Part shown: piece after piece, positions 1-12,432 of the stretch
Position numbering within the stretch: position 1 is the stretch's first letter
How the letters are laid out: the number at the start of each line of letters is the position of its first letter
DNA from: Octopus bimaculoides
Taxonomy: Eukaryota
Direction of reading: 5' to 3'
NCBI RefSeq assembly: GCF_001194135.2
Contig: NC_068985.1
Span: 16,576,672-16,616,245 of the forward strand
DNA length: 39,574 bases
Notes under the pieces: generated by a model
What the model saw: only the letters and a program-made list of their open reading frames with translations
Told to the model about the DNA's origin: nothing
Database searches by the model: none
Translations under genes and position numbers: made by a program

Positions 1-970
1 TATATATATATATATATATATATTATACTAGTGACTTTTACTGATGATAATTATTTCTACATTGTTTTTATACTAATTACTTTGAAATAAAATCTTGGAG
101 TGAAACATAAATACACAAAGTTTATTCACATATCAGTTTGCTTGTGTGTGTATGTGTGTATAAATGTTAGTTTTTATGTCAAGTTATATATGAAAACAAT
201 TAAACACTAAATTGAGGAATTACTCAACGCTTTTTAATGGAGCACCTGCTTATTAAACTTTTACAAGGGCTTACAGTCAAATGGAGGCTAGCATGTTGAA
301 ACTTCAAAGTCACTGATTCCTCTCTTGTAAAAGTTTAATAAATGTGTGTGTGTGTGTGCACATGTAGACATGGCCATGTGGTTAAAATGTTTGTTTCAAA
401 ACCACATGATTTAGACTTCATTTTCATTGCCTAGACACTTTTACCTGATGTCTTCTACTATAAGCTATAAGCTACATATGTATATGCGTGTGTGTGTGAT
501 CAGTGTGTCTGCTTCTCAAGGCAGGCCTACTTAGCCACAAGCCTGATCATGGAGGTTTCCTTGTCCACACTGATATCTAGCGTGTTCTCTCTCACACCTT
601 GTGTAGCAGTGTGTGTGGGTCAGTCAGTGGACTCATTCAGCATTGTAGGTCCCAACATCCAGATGGTCGGACTTTTGCTGGAAGGCTGGTTTGAGGTTTG
701 TGTGAAAGAACTTGTAGGTGCCTTGCAGGCCTTTGGAGCCATATGAGCCATCATCAGCAATGGGGAGACCAAACTTAAAATGTTTCTTACAATGAAGTTT
801 ATCTAAGCAAGGGTCTTTGTCAATCATGAGTTGACTTCTAACACATGGGGAGAGAGAGAGAGAGAGAGATTTTTACAGCTTTCTTTTTATCTTGGGAGAA
901 TGGTTCTGGAAACATATTATGTAACTCGAACAACATGAAGGAAAATACTTGACTTACTTTTATTTTTCAG

Positions 971-1106
971 GTCCTTTAGCACAAAAATATCGTACCCATT
1001 CTGGTTCTGCAAATGCTGGTTATGGAATGGAAAACTACAACCAAACCACTGCCTTAAATCCAGATTATTCTAATAAAAGTTCATACCAACAACAGAGTTA
1101 TCCTAG
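971..1106 (+). CDS. SEC31: SEC31 internal exon (Pro/Gln/Tyr-rich disordered region), phase 1-2
   Basis: Acceptor tatttttcag|GT and donor CCTAG|gtttgt. Encodes (G)PLAQKYRTHSGSANAGYGMENYNQTTALNPDYSNKSSYQQQSYP. Phase 2 joins the 2707 exon in frame (AG+T=Ser). Identity rests on splicing continuity with the diagnostic downstream exons. The gene starts upstream of the window. Confidence 0.75.
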
Positions 1107-2706
1107 GTTTGTATATGGAGATATTTTATTAAAATTTCCAAATTACTACTGTTTATTGCATTTTACTATTATCCTTTATTTTTATTGTTTAATCAGGAAA
1201 AAAAGATTGTGCTCAGAACCTTGACTGGCCCTTACAAATTGCAAGAGAACCTGGGTGATTGCAAATTGTGGTTGGTGCATGTTCTGGAGAGGTAGACATA
1301 GTATAGCTAATGAGAGAGAGAGAATGTATAACTAGTAGTAGAAAGGAAAAGTAAAGAGACAATATATCTATGAGCCAGAGATCGGTGTGTTGGCAAGTAA
1401 AACTTTATCAACCAAGATGACTTTCCTTTGGATATGATTTAGGATATTCATGTGAATATAGCAGCAGTACCCCAGATGTAGGAGCAGCATTCCATTGTGA
1501 GTTTCACTTTAGCCTAGTAGAAACTCAGAATTGTTTACTCACTCTAAAGAGAAATGCTAGTTTTCACTCCACCTTTTATATAAATTAACATTGGGAACTT
1601 TTTTATTGTTTGAAATTAGTAATAAGGAAAATGTTTCAGAAGTCTGTAGCTCCAAATAGAAACTGATGCAGGGTTGATGGTGTAGGAAGGTGTTCCTTAA
1701 TCCTGTCATAAACAGGCTCACTTCTACTGGTGGCATGATAAAATACACCCAGAGGACTCTGTAAGATGAAAAAAAAGAGCATCTAACCACATAAAAATAT
1801 ATCAGAAATGGAATATACAAACAAGACATGAACTCCACAAGTTGCATTGCAAGCTTCCCATCTAGAAACTATATGGTTAGAGGTCTGATCCCTTACATGA
1901 ACACAGTTGGCTGGGATCCTCTACTATACACATATGTAGCAATGAAATATCGCCACTTTCAGCACACAGAAAGTGTTGTATATGGTACCTTGTATGGCTA
2001 TAGCCCCTGTTCAGATGCCATATGGTTGAAGTCATTATCTTCATTAATTATCAATGAACAAACTTGATGGCTCTAAGCATCTTCTGTTTCCTTCTTTGTT
2101 TTTTGGCAATTGCTCAGTCATTATCAAAGTTTACAGATTAACTATCAAATGTGTTTTAATTGTGACATACTGTTCATTTTGTAGCTAACATGCTAGTAAG
2201 GGCTATTTATATATGGATTCTGTGATAAGTTGATATAAGTTAGGATTTTGGTGGAGGGGTTTTGCTGATAATGTCCTGGTTAGTAATAATGCCTTTTTGA
2301 GCTGGAGTTGTCTAGAGGACATAATTCTAATTTCATACAGTTGATTTGCGTTTCTTTTTGTTCACTCAGTTTCTTAGGTGTTGTATAATGACATAACCTT
2401 TTATTAGCGGAATTGTACTATATGAGACTTTGATATAAATTTTATTAAAGAGTTAGCATAATCTGTGAGTGCTTAGAGAAAAAAGAAAGACTACATAAAT
2501 TCAGGAACTTACCTGTAGACTATTTTTATAATTTTTGCTTATTCATTTAAAAAAAAAATTTGAACTTTCTGATTAGATTTTGGGAATGAATTTATTCCTC
2601 ATATTACAGAAATATACAAGAAATCACCTTTATATTTCTCTGCATTCTAATTAAAATTGCACCTTTCAATAATTAAAACAGTAATCTCTTCTCTTCTATA
2701 TTTTAG

Positions 2707-2792
2707 TCCAAATTCTTACCAAACTTCAAATACTTATCATCCACAACAACAAATGCAGCCATCCAATGTATACAATCCAATTTCAACACCAG
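2707..2792 (+). CDS. SEC31: SEC31 internal exon, phase 2-1
   Basis: ctatattttag|T CCA AAT ... ACA CCA G|gtaaaa. Encodes PNSYQTSNTYHPQQQMQPSNVYNPISTP. Phases match both neighbours. Confidence 0.8.
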
Positions 2793-4210
2793 GTAAAATA
2801 TTTAATTTTGTCCTATGTAATAATATGCAAGTGTTGTATCATAGTAGTTTTGAAAGTGTGCATGTGTTAATGATTGTGTACTGTTAAAAGTAAAACTAAT
2901 TGTAACAAACATAATAGGGTGGACATACATCATGATTTTAATTCATATCATTCAAGTGTTACTTTTTCTCAGAGATTGTTTATTTTTCAACTTACTTAAA
3001 ACCAGAAACCAGTGAAGAAAATTCTCTGGAAATATGTAGTGTACTGGTGTTGTGCAGAATGCATCGCTTAACCAATTTCTTCCAATTCTAACATTGCATC
3101 CACATGTTTCTGTCTTAAATTATAGGTCAATAGCTTAGCAAGTATGGTTTGGTTACTAGTATAATATTATGATATCCATGATAGACATTAACAGGCAGAA
3201 CAAAAATATATGGGAAAAGAAACACATTATCAGAAGTCTACAAGAACAAGTTACAACTTTTTTGTAGAATCAAGATCTGAAGTTGGAGCTTCTACATCTG
3301 TCTTTACTTACTGTCTTAATTTAAATATATACACTCAGAAGATCCCCATCATTTCATCTTGTTACATATACATGCTAAACCTTCATAAAAATTTCAACCC
3401 AAATATATTGAGAAATTAGTAATTATTTTATGCATTGAGACATAAATATACTCAGAAACTACCAAAAAAGATCATTGTTGTCAGTTGTGTAAAACACCCA
3501 AAAAATTTGAATAAATTTATAATTTACTCTACAAATATGTTTTGTGAAGGTTTAGTTTTCTAAGTTAACAAGGATTAAATGTCTTTATATATATATATAT
3601 ATATATAATACAACCAGATACTCTTCATATTGCTAACCCATACCTGTTTTTCAAGTAATGGATTCTTTAATCCACACATCCTCAAGAGCACAGAGCCAGC
3701 AAACTTATTAAAAGGAAAAGAACAAACCTTAAGGATTATAGCTCAGAGCTTTTTCATTCAAAGTGCGCAGGATATAAACATGCACTCACTCACATACACA
3801 TGACAGGCTTCATATAGTTTTTGTCTAGTAAATTGACTCAAAAGGCATTGGTCAGCTCTGGTCCACAGTAAAAGACTCAGAGGATGCTACACAATAGGAC
3901 TGAAGTCAAGACCACATGATTATTGGTTGTGAAGTGAACTTCTTAACCATAGTCACATCTGCACCCAAACCAAATAACATCAATAAGTAGTCATTTGTCT
4001 GATCCCTGTTTTTTAACTTGCAGAACATCAATTATACAATTAAAGTAGTCAAGTTATTGAAACCCAAAAGCAAATTGTCACACAAAACCATTTGTTTTTC
4101 TTGTTAAAAACATTCATACTGAAAATGTTACAGTAATTTAATGTATTAAATGTTGTTTATACATTGGCAATTTTAGACATATTTTCATTTTTATATTTTC
4201 TGTTTTCTAG

Positions 4211-4323
4211 TAGCTCCACAAGCTTCTGGTCCAATGGGAGATATTCCTTCCTTTCAAGAAATGAAACCTCACACACCTTGGAATGATCCACCTGTGTTTA
4301 AAGATAAAGTGAACAACTCACGT
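4211..4323 (+). CDS. SEC31: SEC31 exon with WNDPP active-fragment motif, phase 1-0
   Basis: ttttctag|TA GCT ... TCA CGT|gtaagt. Encodes (V)APQASGPMGDIPSFQEMKPHTPWNDPPVFKDKVNNSR. WNDPP (4279-4293) matches the conserved Sec31 motif (human SEC31A GWNDPP). Confidence 0.9.
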
Positions 4324-5179
4324 GTAAGTCAATCAAATCTAAAATGAGACACTGGTCTCGTATCCTATTTAGCAAAGTATTTTGTGGTTTTTTTCTTTTC
4401 TTATTATGTATTTAGCTTTTGTTGCAGAAAGTTCTTTTATAATGTGATATAAAGGTTCTTACCAAATATGATGGTTCTTAGATTGATTGCATATATAGTA
4501 AACATTGCAACACTTTTCACATCTCAACTATAGACCTTTTATTATTGATGTAACAATTCATTTTTCTCTTCGTTATCTTTCATGATGTCATTTCAACAAA
4601 ACAATTGAGAAACAAAAATTAAATGTTTGTAAATTCATTATTTTGTCATCTCATCAGAATTTATTCATTGAAATTGTTATTAACATATTCTCAGAGATGT
4701 TTTGTTACAGATAACTAACATTAAATTAGTATCATCATGTATATTTATTCTAATGGTTGAATTACAAATATTTTGTATTATGTTTGCTTTAGGGGTTACA
4801 AAAGTAACTTCTTACTTTTTCTGCTCAAAATATGTAGTAATTTCAATATTTTTCCCCCCAAAACAGGTAGAGAATTACTATGCAGTCATGAAACCTACCA
4901 GAAATAGTAGCCAAAAACACATTAGATAACAATTACACTAGTTATACTTTAATCTGAAATCAAGATTGGATAATCTGGGTTTGAATACCTTTGCTCATAG
5001 ATTAACTGGATCAATAGTTGCCTAAGATTAAACAGCTTTTTTTTCTCAGAGCTTTTTAGGAATTTTGATTATAAAAGATCACCACATTGAGTTTAGCAGT
5101 TTCTCTCACACCTTATTCAAAGTTACATGTTTATAGTATGTGATTATTATTTTTCTAATCTCCGAAATAGTAATAGTCC

Positions 5180-5392
5180 TTTGTACTGTAAGCACAAAGC
5201 TTGAAATTTCGAGGGAGATGGTCAGTTGATTGCATCATCCCCAGTACTGAACTGGATCTTATTTCATCAACCCTGAAAGGATGAAAGACCAAGTTGACCT
5301 TGGCAGAATTTGAACTCAGAATGTAATACCAGAAGAAATGCCACCAAGCATTTTGTCTGGCGTGGTAACAATTGTGCCGGCTTTCTGCCTTC
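5180..5392 (-). mobile_element. tRNA-derived SINE, family B, diverged
   Basis: Reverse complement matches the 37877-38116 copy (ctgagttcaaattctgccaaggtcaac...tttcatcc). Confidence 0.65.
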
Positions 5393-7206
5393 CCCAAAAT
5401 AGTAATAATAATAAATAGTAATGAGCTTATTGTATGGTACTCAGCTGCTAAGTGCTTCTTTGACTTTGTTGCTCATGTAAGCCTGTTGATATAATGAAGG
5501 CTGATATTTATAGATACATAAACTACTAATGAAAGTAACATAATACAATAACTTAAGATTATATTTAATTTAGTTTAAAAGCTGAAATGATGAAATATAA
5601 TTTCAAGGTAAAAGTAAATTTGAATTGTTGTGTATCATGTAACCAATGTTACTGGGAAAACTCTTTGATTACCTCAATTACCATTATTATTAATTTCTTA
5701 CTTAAGTACAATATTTATAGAGGAAGAGAATACTTTTTTGCAAGGATAATAGCAGAGTTTATCTCTTATTCTTTGACTTTTGTCTACTAATGTGGATTGC
5801 AGTTATATAAAAGTTAAAGCTTTTATTTATATGCTTGATATTTTTTATGGCATATGATTATTACTTTTATAATAGTCTGTGTTGTTTGCAGTTCCTTACA
5901 AACTAAAATCACAGAGGAAAATTTTTTAATATTTTAAAAAATTTTAATTATTTGTTATGATTTTATATCATTTTACTAACAAACAAGTTTGAAAATGTTA
6001 ACTTCACCTTGTTCTCTTTAATATTTCTCTTGATTTGCACTTGTTTCATTGAATTAAATTTGGATTGTGTCGCAAAACACAACACAACACAACACAACAC
6101 AAAGCAACATGTCATAAACTGAACTAGATCAATCATTATGATAATGGTTGTGTTACAATTAATAAAAATTATGTTAACATGTTTTTTTTTCAAAGTGACA
6201 CACATAGATTAAGGAAAAACTGCAAATTAATCTGGTTATTTCCTTGGCGAACTTCTGTTTAGAAATTCTTATATTTGAAATAATTGAACATTTTTCAATA
6301 GATAATATATGAATAACATATTTTAATAAGAATTATGCTAAACATCATTGTAGGCTAAACATCTTTTTTTCCATATCTGTTCCAATGTTTGGGGGTCAAA
6401 TGTTGCCTGAGAACTTTTCATAGCTGTTTAGAATGTCTTAAGATATCTATTTTACTTGGGGCAAATGTTAGAACAAAAGCCAATCTAAAAACATTTGCAG
6501 GTTCTATAAATATTCAATAGATAAAGGTGAGATCAATTACTGATAAAGAAAGTAAAAGAAAGGCAAAAATTTTTCATTTATCTACCTTAACTTTGATAAT
6601 AATACTTGATAATATAAAATGGATTTCACCAAGTTTGTTGATAAAGAAAAAAAAACTATTGAATATCAAGAATTTGTCTTGTAAAATTATAAATCTACTT
6701 TCCAATAGGAATAGAAATTTGATGGTACTACAAATTTATAGATATGTATAATAATGTATATATTTTATAGCTAAATATATCATAATATTCACTTCTGGAG
6801 TGGAAAAAATTCACTTCAGTAGATGTAAAGTATGTTGAAAAATGTGTATACCTGAAGAGCACAATGAATGGAAAGGACAAAGTTGAAGTTTAACATTGAA
6901 CTATTTTTAACTTTTAAACCACTGTTAACTTAGTTTCAACTGCAATGGTTTGAAGCAATGGAAATAAAGCAAACAATTGGAAAAGAACAAAATAAAAATA
7001 CACCGTTAGCAGTACTATAAAATATTTTATATTTAAATATTCCATTGAGTTAAGAGTAATCTTTATAATTAACTATGAATAATCTAGAAAATTAAATACT
7101 CAACTAATATTTACTACAATTAGATGGAGTAAATATGGTTCATTCATAAAATAATTCTTCATTAAGGATACATACATATACATATATATATATATATGTA
7201 TGTTTG

Positions 7207-7856
7207 TACTACACTACCTATGACCTGTTGGGTCACCAATAATTCAAGGTACCCGAAGAAACCACAAATCTCGGGAACCAGTGGTCCAATTTACACAAAA
7301 CTTGTTTTATTATGTTTGTATTCACACTTCAATGGTACCTTACTTTCAAAATATTTTCTAATTATGCACCGGTTTGGCTGTAATAAATTACAGACAAGCA
7401 AGCGTGCAAACAAGCAATCATAAAGGTACCTGAGAAAACCGTGTGTCTCAGGAACCTGTGGTTTGATTTACATGAAACATGTCTTATTCCATTTGTATTC
7501 CCATTTCAGGAGCACTTTACTTTCAGAGTATTTTCTAATTATGCACCGGTTTGGCTGTATTAAATTACAGACAAGCACACATGCAAGCACGCACACAAAC
7601 AAAGCTATGCAGGTGTTCACAATAAAGGGCAATAACTCCAGGTTTCACTGCTTCAATTTGTGAAAACAAACCCACAAAAAACATTTATCTTAGGAATCCT
7701 TGGTCTGATTTACATGAAACTTATTTTATTCTGTTTGTATTCCCATTTCAGGGGTATCTTACTTTCAGAGGCTTTTCCCATTATGCGCCAGTTTCGCTGT
7801 ATTAAATTAGACAAGCACGCAAGCAAGCAATCACAGACTTTTAGTATTATATAGAT
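7207..7856. mobile_element. Helentron/DINE-1-like non-autonomous element with ~3 internal tandem units
   Basis: Units begin near 7248, 7425 and 7662 (first period 177 nt), each ending in acagacaagca(agc)n. Short TGACC..GGTCA inverted repeat at 7221-7235. Terminus ttagtattatatagat. The superfamily call is from recalled architecture only. Confidence 0.5.
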
Positions 7857-8179
7857 GTATATATCTCATTTAACATTTCCAAATAATAGACAAACTAATT
7901 GACATGAAAATAACAGTTAATGATTTTGTGTATTGTTTTTTTCTTTATTTTAACAAAAAAAATTTATTGTATAAAACTATTATATTATGTTTTCAACAAT
8001 TGATAAAATAATTTTTCCTGCTTGTCACATTATTTTGCAAATGTTGCTTAATGCAAGCTAGAATGTGATTATTAGTTACCTCTGCACTTAATGCCTGCGT
8101 TGCCTTAAGGTTTTATACAATATTTCCCTAGTGAGAATGTGGTAGTTACATTTTTATTGAGTTATCAATCTCAATATCC

Positions 8180-8640
8180 TTAACCATTTTCCCCCCTACA
8201 TCCTAGATCGAAGGAAAGGGCAGCACTTGTGGCCTTTGCAGGGCCTTCTAGACTGGCGAGAGTGATGCCATTAATGGTACTCTTAAACCTTTGTATGTTA
8301 AACACTTGCTAGAAAGATAGAGCAGGAAGGGGGTTCCAGAGAGGTTCCAAAGAGTTGATGTTCTGGGACGGAAGGACTTGCATAGGGATTAGTGTGAAGC
8401 TTAGGGAGTTGAACAGAACAACGGTGATGAGGAAAAGAGAGGTGAGGGGAATAGAAATGCTGGAGAGTTGGGGTCATGAGCCCAGGCAGCTCTGAGGAGC
8501 AAAAGCCAGATGGTAGCAGTAGAAGAGATGGAGAGGGGGTAGACAGTGTGCCTATGAATCAGTGGTTGGAGCATGTCTGTGAGTGACTCTATGTCAATCA
8601 GTCAAGGGCCCTTTTCTAGACGTACTCTGGGTTGTCTCAT
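8180..8640 (-). mobile_element. Decayed CR1/L2-group LINE ORF2 C-terminus and 3' end
   Basis: The minus strand reads, across frameshifts, LIDIESLTDMLQPLIHRHTV..FYCYH..FCSSEL...RTSTLWNPLP, matching the LQPLSHRR..SLFYRYY.G.CS.EL...RT..LWN.LP pattern of this group. Confidence 0.75.
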
Positions 8641-9234
8641 TACTATTTTGGTCCATGACTGCTATCTTTGCATCAATGATAGTGTGTTCTGGGTAGTTAA
8701 TGTTTATTTGGATATATGAGAGTAGGAAACAAAGCCCTAATGATTGACTTCAAATGATGTAAACAAGAATAACACATCATAGGATGGTGATGAGCCAACT
8801 GCAATAAACAGACCACCAACTTAGAAACATCAAAACCTATATAATATTTATAGAAGATGCTAGAGGAGATATACAGCTCTGTTATGAATAAAGACTAAAG
8901 ATTGTGATAGCATGCACACTGCCAATAAACTAGTTGACATTTTCTGGTTAGCTTTAGATGGGAAATGATAAAATGAAGATGTAGTGATTTGAATATGATT
9001 AAATTAATCAATTTCGTGTATATAAATATACTTTGTTTTGGAGTTGATGTACAAAATAACGAAACTATAAAATATATAATTAACCTTGCTTACTTTTTGT
9101 CAAATCAACATAACGTTTCTATCTATACATATCTGAATGAGGGATTAAATGACTTGTGTGTTTGTGTGTGTGTAATAGTGAATCTCTATTGACAAGGATT
9201 CTGTTATTCAATCAACCAAATTACCAGCTCCTGA

Positions 9235-9515
9235 ATTAATGTGTAAAGGACTGAGTATTCCAAACATGTGTACCCTTATTGTAATTCTCAGGCAGAGTCA
9301 GCATGACACAGGGTGTGACAAGGCGATGCCTCTTGAACTGCTGAGATAATCCACCCAATAGGCTTCTACACAGTTCCCATCTGCCCAGTTTCACTTACTA
9401 AACATGGATTGACCTCAGCTGAGAATATAGTAACATATACTCAAGAGGCCACATAATGGAATTGAACCCAGGATTTTGTGGTGGTGCTATGAACTTCTTA
9501 ATCATATTATACCTG
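9235..9515 (-). mobile_element. Adjacent diverged SINE remnants (families C and A)
   Basis: Reverse complements of SINE segments seen intact at 24485-24810 and 9781-10150. Confidence 0.5.
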
Positions 9516-9650
9516 TGTGTGTATTTATTTATATATATTAGACTTGGTGAGAGCTTATGGTGACAGGTGTATCTCATTTGTTCTGTTACTGATTATCATT
9601 TGATCTTTCTTAACCTAAACAAATCTTCACTCCAACATTGGGTGTATTTA

Positions 9651-9739
9651 TATATATATATATATATATATCTGGGGCTAAAAGCAACAGTAACATCCAC
9701 CCTTAGGGGTCAGCCACATTTAAATGGCAAATATACTTC

Positions 9740-9779
<40 letters not shown>
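9651..9779. repeat. Two (TA)n microsatellites (further TA, GA, CT and CA tracts at 1-22, 849-869, 16212-16235, 27216-27304, 34317-34349)
   Basis: Directly visible dinucleotide runs. Confidence 0.95.
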
Positions 9780-9780
<1 letters not shown>

Positions 9781-9781
<1 letters not shown>

Positions 9782-10150
9782 CGCAGGAGTGGCTGTGTGG
9801 TAAGTAGCTTGCTTACCAACTACATGGTTCCGGGTTCAGTCCCACTGCGTGGCACACTATAGCCTCGGGCCGACCAAAGCCTTGTGAGTGGATTTGGTAG
9901 ACGGAAACTGAAAGAAGCCCGTCGTATATATGTATATATATATGTGTATGTGTGTTTGTGTTTGTCCCCCCACCATCGCTTGACAACCGACGCTGGTGTG
10001 TTTACATCCCTGTAACTTAGCGGTTCGGCAAAAAGAAACCGATAGAATAAGTACTAGGCTTATGAAGAATAAGTCCTGGGGTCGATATGCTCGACTAAAG
10101 GCGGTGCTATAGCATGGCTGCAGTCAAATGACTGAAAGAAGTAAAAGAGT
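9781..10150 (+). mobile_element. Near full-length tRNA-derived SINE, family A, inserted in (TA)n
   Basis: A-box-like tggctgtgtggtaag, B-box-like ggttcagtccc, central (TA/TG)n and tail aatgactgaaagaagtaaaagag. TA tracts on both flanks. Many homologous copies in the window. Confidence 0.85.
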
Positions 10151-10416
10151 AATATATATATATACAATATTGGGTTCAGAACATGAAATGAGTGTGCTGT
10201 ATAACTAAACCAGGAATATTTAGATCTTATCAGTTAAATCAAAAGTTCCACAAGTCTGCATGTGAGGAAAAAAGACTCCAAGATGCTAAGTTCTCATTGA
10301 CAAAGTTTATCCCAAAGAGAATGTAAATCTAAAGTATTTTGCATCTATGCTTATTAAATTTAGCTTTGTGCACTATAAATTTATCCCTTGTAGAACTTCC
10401 ATTTTTATCTCTGTAG

Positions 10417-10464
10417 CATTCAGGCTGGAATGATCCCCCCTTGGTTGACCCGGCACCTGTACAG
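10417..10464 (+). CDS. SEC31: SEC31 48-nt mini-exon with a second WNDPP motif, phase 0-0
   Basis: ccatttttatctctgtag|CAT TCA GGC TGG AAT GAT CCC CCC TTG GTT GAC CCG GCA CCT GTA CAG|gtaagg = HSGWNDPPLVDPAPVQ. Strong acceptor and donor, in frame with both neighbours. Confidence 0.8.
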
Positions 10465-11029
10465 GTAAGGATTTGGTGTATAGGGCCCATTTGTTTATAA
10501 ATTTCTCCTGGAAGTCCTTAAGTCCTTTAGATATTCATATATGCATGAAATCTTCTGCTTCTTTTACCTAATAATATGCATGCGTCCTTACACTATTTTT
10601 TTTTTTTGCATTAGTTCTCAGCAGCTTTTATTACCATTGATTATCTACAAATATTTCATAAGACTTTCTAAAACTCTTCTTTTAATGGATCAGTTTTCTT
10701 TAAATTCATTTTGTTATTTAACATTCTCTGCATGAAACTCAACAAGCATGTTTTCATTATAAATACTTCTTCATATTTAATTCTTCTTTATGTTTAATAT
10801 TGTTTCTTCTGTCTGAGGGTAAGTAAATAACAAATGATGGCATTATATACACTATACACTGAACTGCAAAAATTATCTCAGAATTATCTATTGTTTAATC
10901 TCTGAATAATGCAATCCCTGATTTATTCAAACAAACCAAGAATATTTGATATTATGCATTAGTAAGATTTCTAGTCATCACTTATTCATAAAGTCATCAA
11001 CCAACTATGATTTTTTAAAATTCATTGTT

Positions 11030-11400
11030 ATCATCATCGTCATCGTTTAATGTCCGCTTTCCATGCTGGCATGGGTTGGATGGTTTGCTTGAGGACTTGC
11101 AAGTTGGGAGGCTGCACCAGGCTCCAATCTGATTTGGCAAAGTTTCTACAGCTGGATGCCCTTCCTAACGCCAACCTCTCCAAGAGTGTAGTGGGTGCTT
11201 TTTACATGCCACCAGCACAGGAGCCAGTCAAGTAGCACTGGTACCAGCCATGCTCAAATGGTGCTTTTTGCATGCTACCAGCATGGGTGCCAGTAAGGTG
11301 GCACTGGCATTGGCCACACTTGAAGGTGCTTTTTACATGCCACCAGCACAGGTAGCTGTCAGGCAACACTGGCGTTGGCCATGCTCAAATGGTGCCAGTC
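11030..11400 (-). mobile_element. RTE LINE 3' end (5'-truncated)
   Basis: (cat)n-cgtttaatgtccgctttccatgc tail plus tandem 3' UTR units. Homologous to the 3' UTR attached to RT coding sequence at 22196-23632 and 34770-35622. Confidence 0.8.
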
Positions 11401-12309
11401 ATTTTATACAAAATGATAACTGAAAGATACTAGAAATTTACAAGAGAAAAAAACTCTATGTAGTCACTGGACTTGCTATGAATAGTTGCCAGATCTCCTT
11501 CAATTCTCACTCTTCTATCTCAAATGAGGAAGGTAACATTGGAGAATGTACTCTTAGCTATATTATGAGGCTGAGAATATGCATGGTTATGGCTCAGTAC
11601 TTTTGATCATTTGTCTGTTCAATCAAAGCTGACTTAAAGCTAATCAACAATAATAACCAAAGATTAAGTGGGGGGAAAAAAGCACTTTTGAAGAAAAATA
11701 ACTGCTGATGAGTATGCTCTTTGATGTTGTAAAAACAGAAAATATAATCCTGAAAATAATTTCAAATAAAATTTGTATGTTAATGCCTATAAGTGTCAAC
11801 TTTACTCATACTCTATCACCACTACTTTCAACATCAATCTTATGTGAAGCAACAAAGAAATCAACAAGTCAAGGTAGCTTTAATGTGGTTGTTAGAGATA
11901 TCAATCAATCCAATCCTTTTACATGGGACTTGATTTGTTATAAATAGCAATCAGATATCCCTGCCGTCTTAAGAAAAAAAAAAGGAAGCAACTGTATAAA
12001 TTTATTTTGGTTGTATGTGATTTTTATTTTTTTTGTAAAGTTTCTGTTGTTATTATGAACCAACAAATAAGTCATTAAACCAATAAGGGAACTTCTCTGT
12101 GGTCACATGTGCTGCTTTTTTATTGTTATATTTTGTCACTTTGTCAGAGGTTGAAGGACCAGCCCACCTGACATTTGGAAGGTCTCTGAGACTGAAACCA
12201 TGGCCCAAGAATTACCCTCAGACTAGAGACACGAGCTAAATGCTTACAACAGAACAGACTCTGCTAAAGCACTTAAGGACCTAGTGGTACTATATTAAAT
12301 TTTCAACCA

Positions 12310-12432
12310 GATTCTGCATAGTTTCCATCCACCCAGTTTCACTTACAATACTTGGGTTGACCCAAGGCTATGGTGTCCTGCAGTGGGATCTTGTCTAGAG
12401 CCTTGAGAGTGTGACATAAACTCATTAACCAC
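12310..12432 (-). mobile_element. SINE family A remnant
   Basis: Reverse complement aligns to 9790-9915 (cccactgc..atagcc..gg..accc/aaag..gtgagtg..gatggaaact). Confidence 0.55.

Noticed and set aside
540-830. ORFs 492-746 (+) and 633-827 (-); HLDVGTYNAE faintly resembles the start of a LINE APE endonuclease (L.VGTWNV)
   Set aside because: Only a 7-residue resemblance with no further motifs and no splice-consistent link to SEC31. It may be an old LINE fragment but cannot be supported.
4867-4929. Possible alternative terminal SEC31 exon (acag|VENYYAVMKPTRNSSQKHIR*)
   Set aside because: In phase, but no Sec31 similarity and no evidence beyond one acceptor-like site.
11700-11760. C/D box snoRNA-like TGATGA...CTGA in a SEC31 intron
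   Set aside because: Too short, no terminal stem, and expected by chance in AT-rich DNA.
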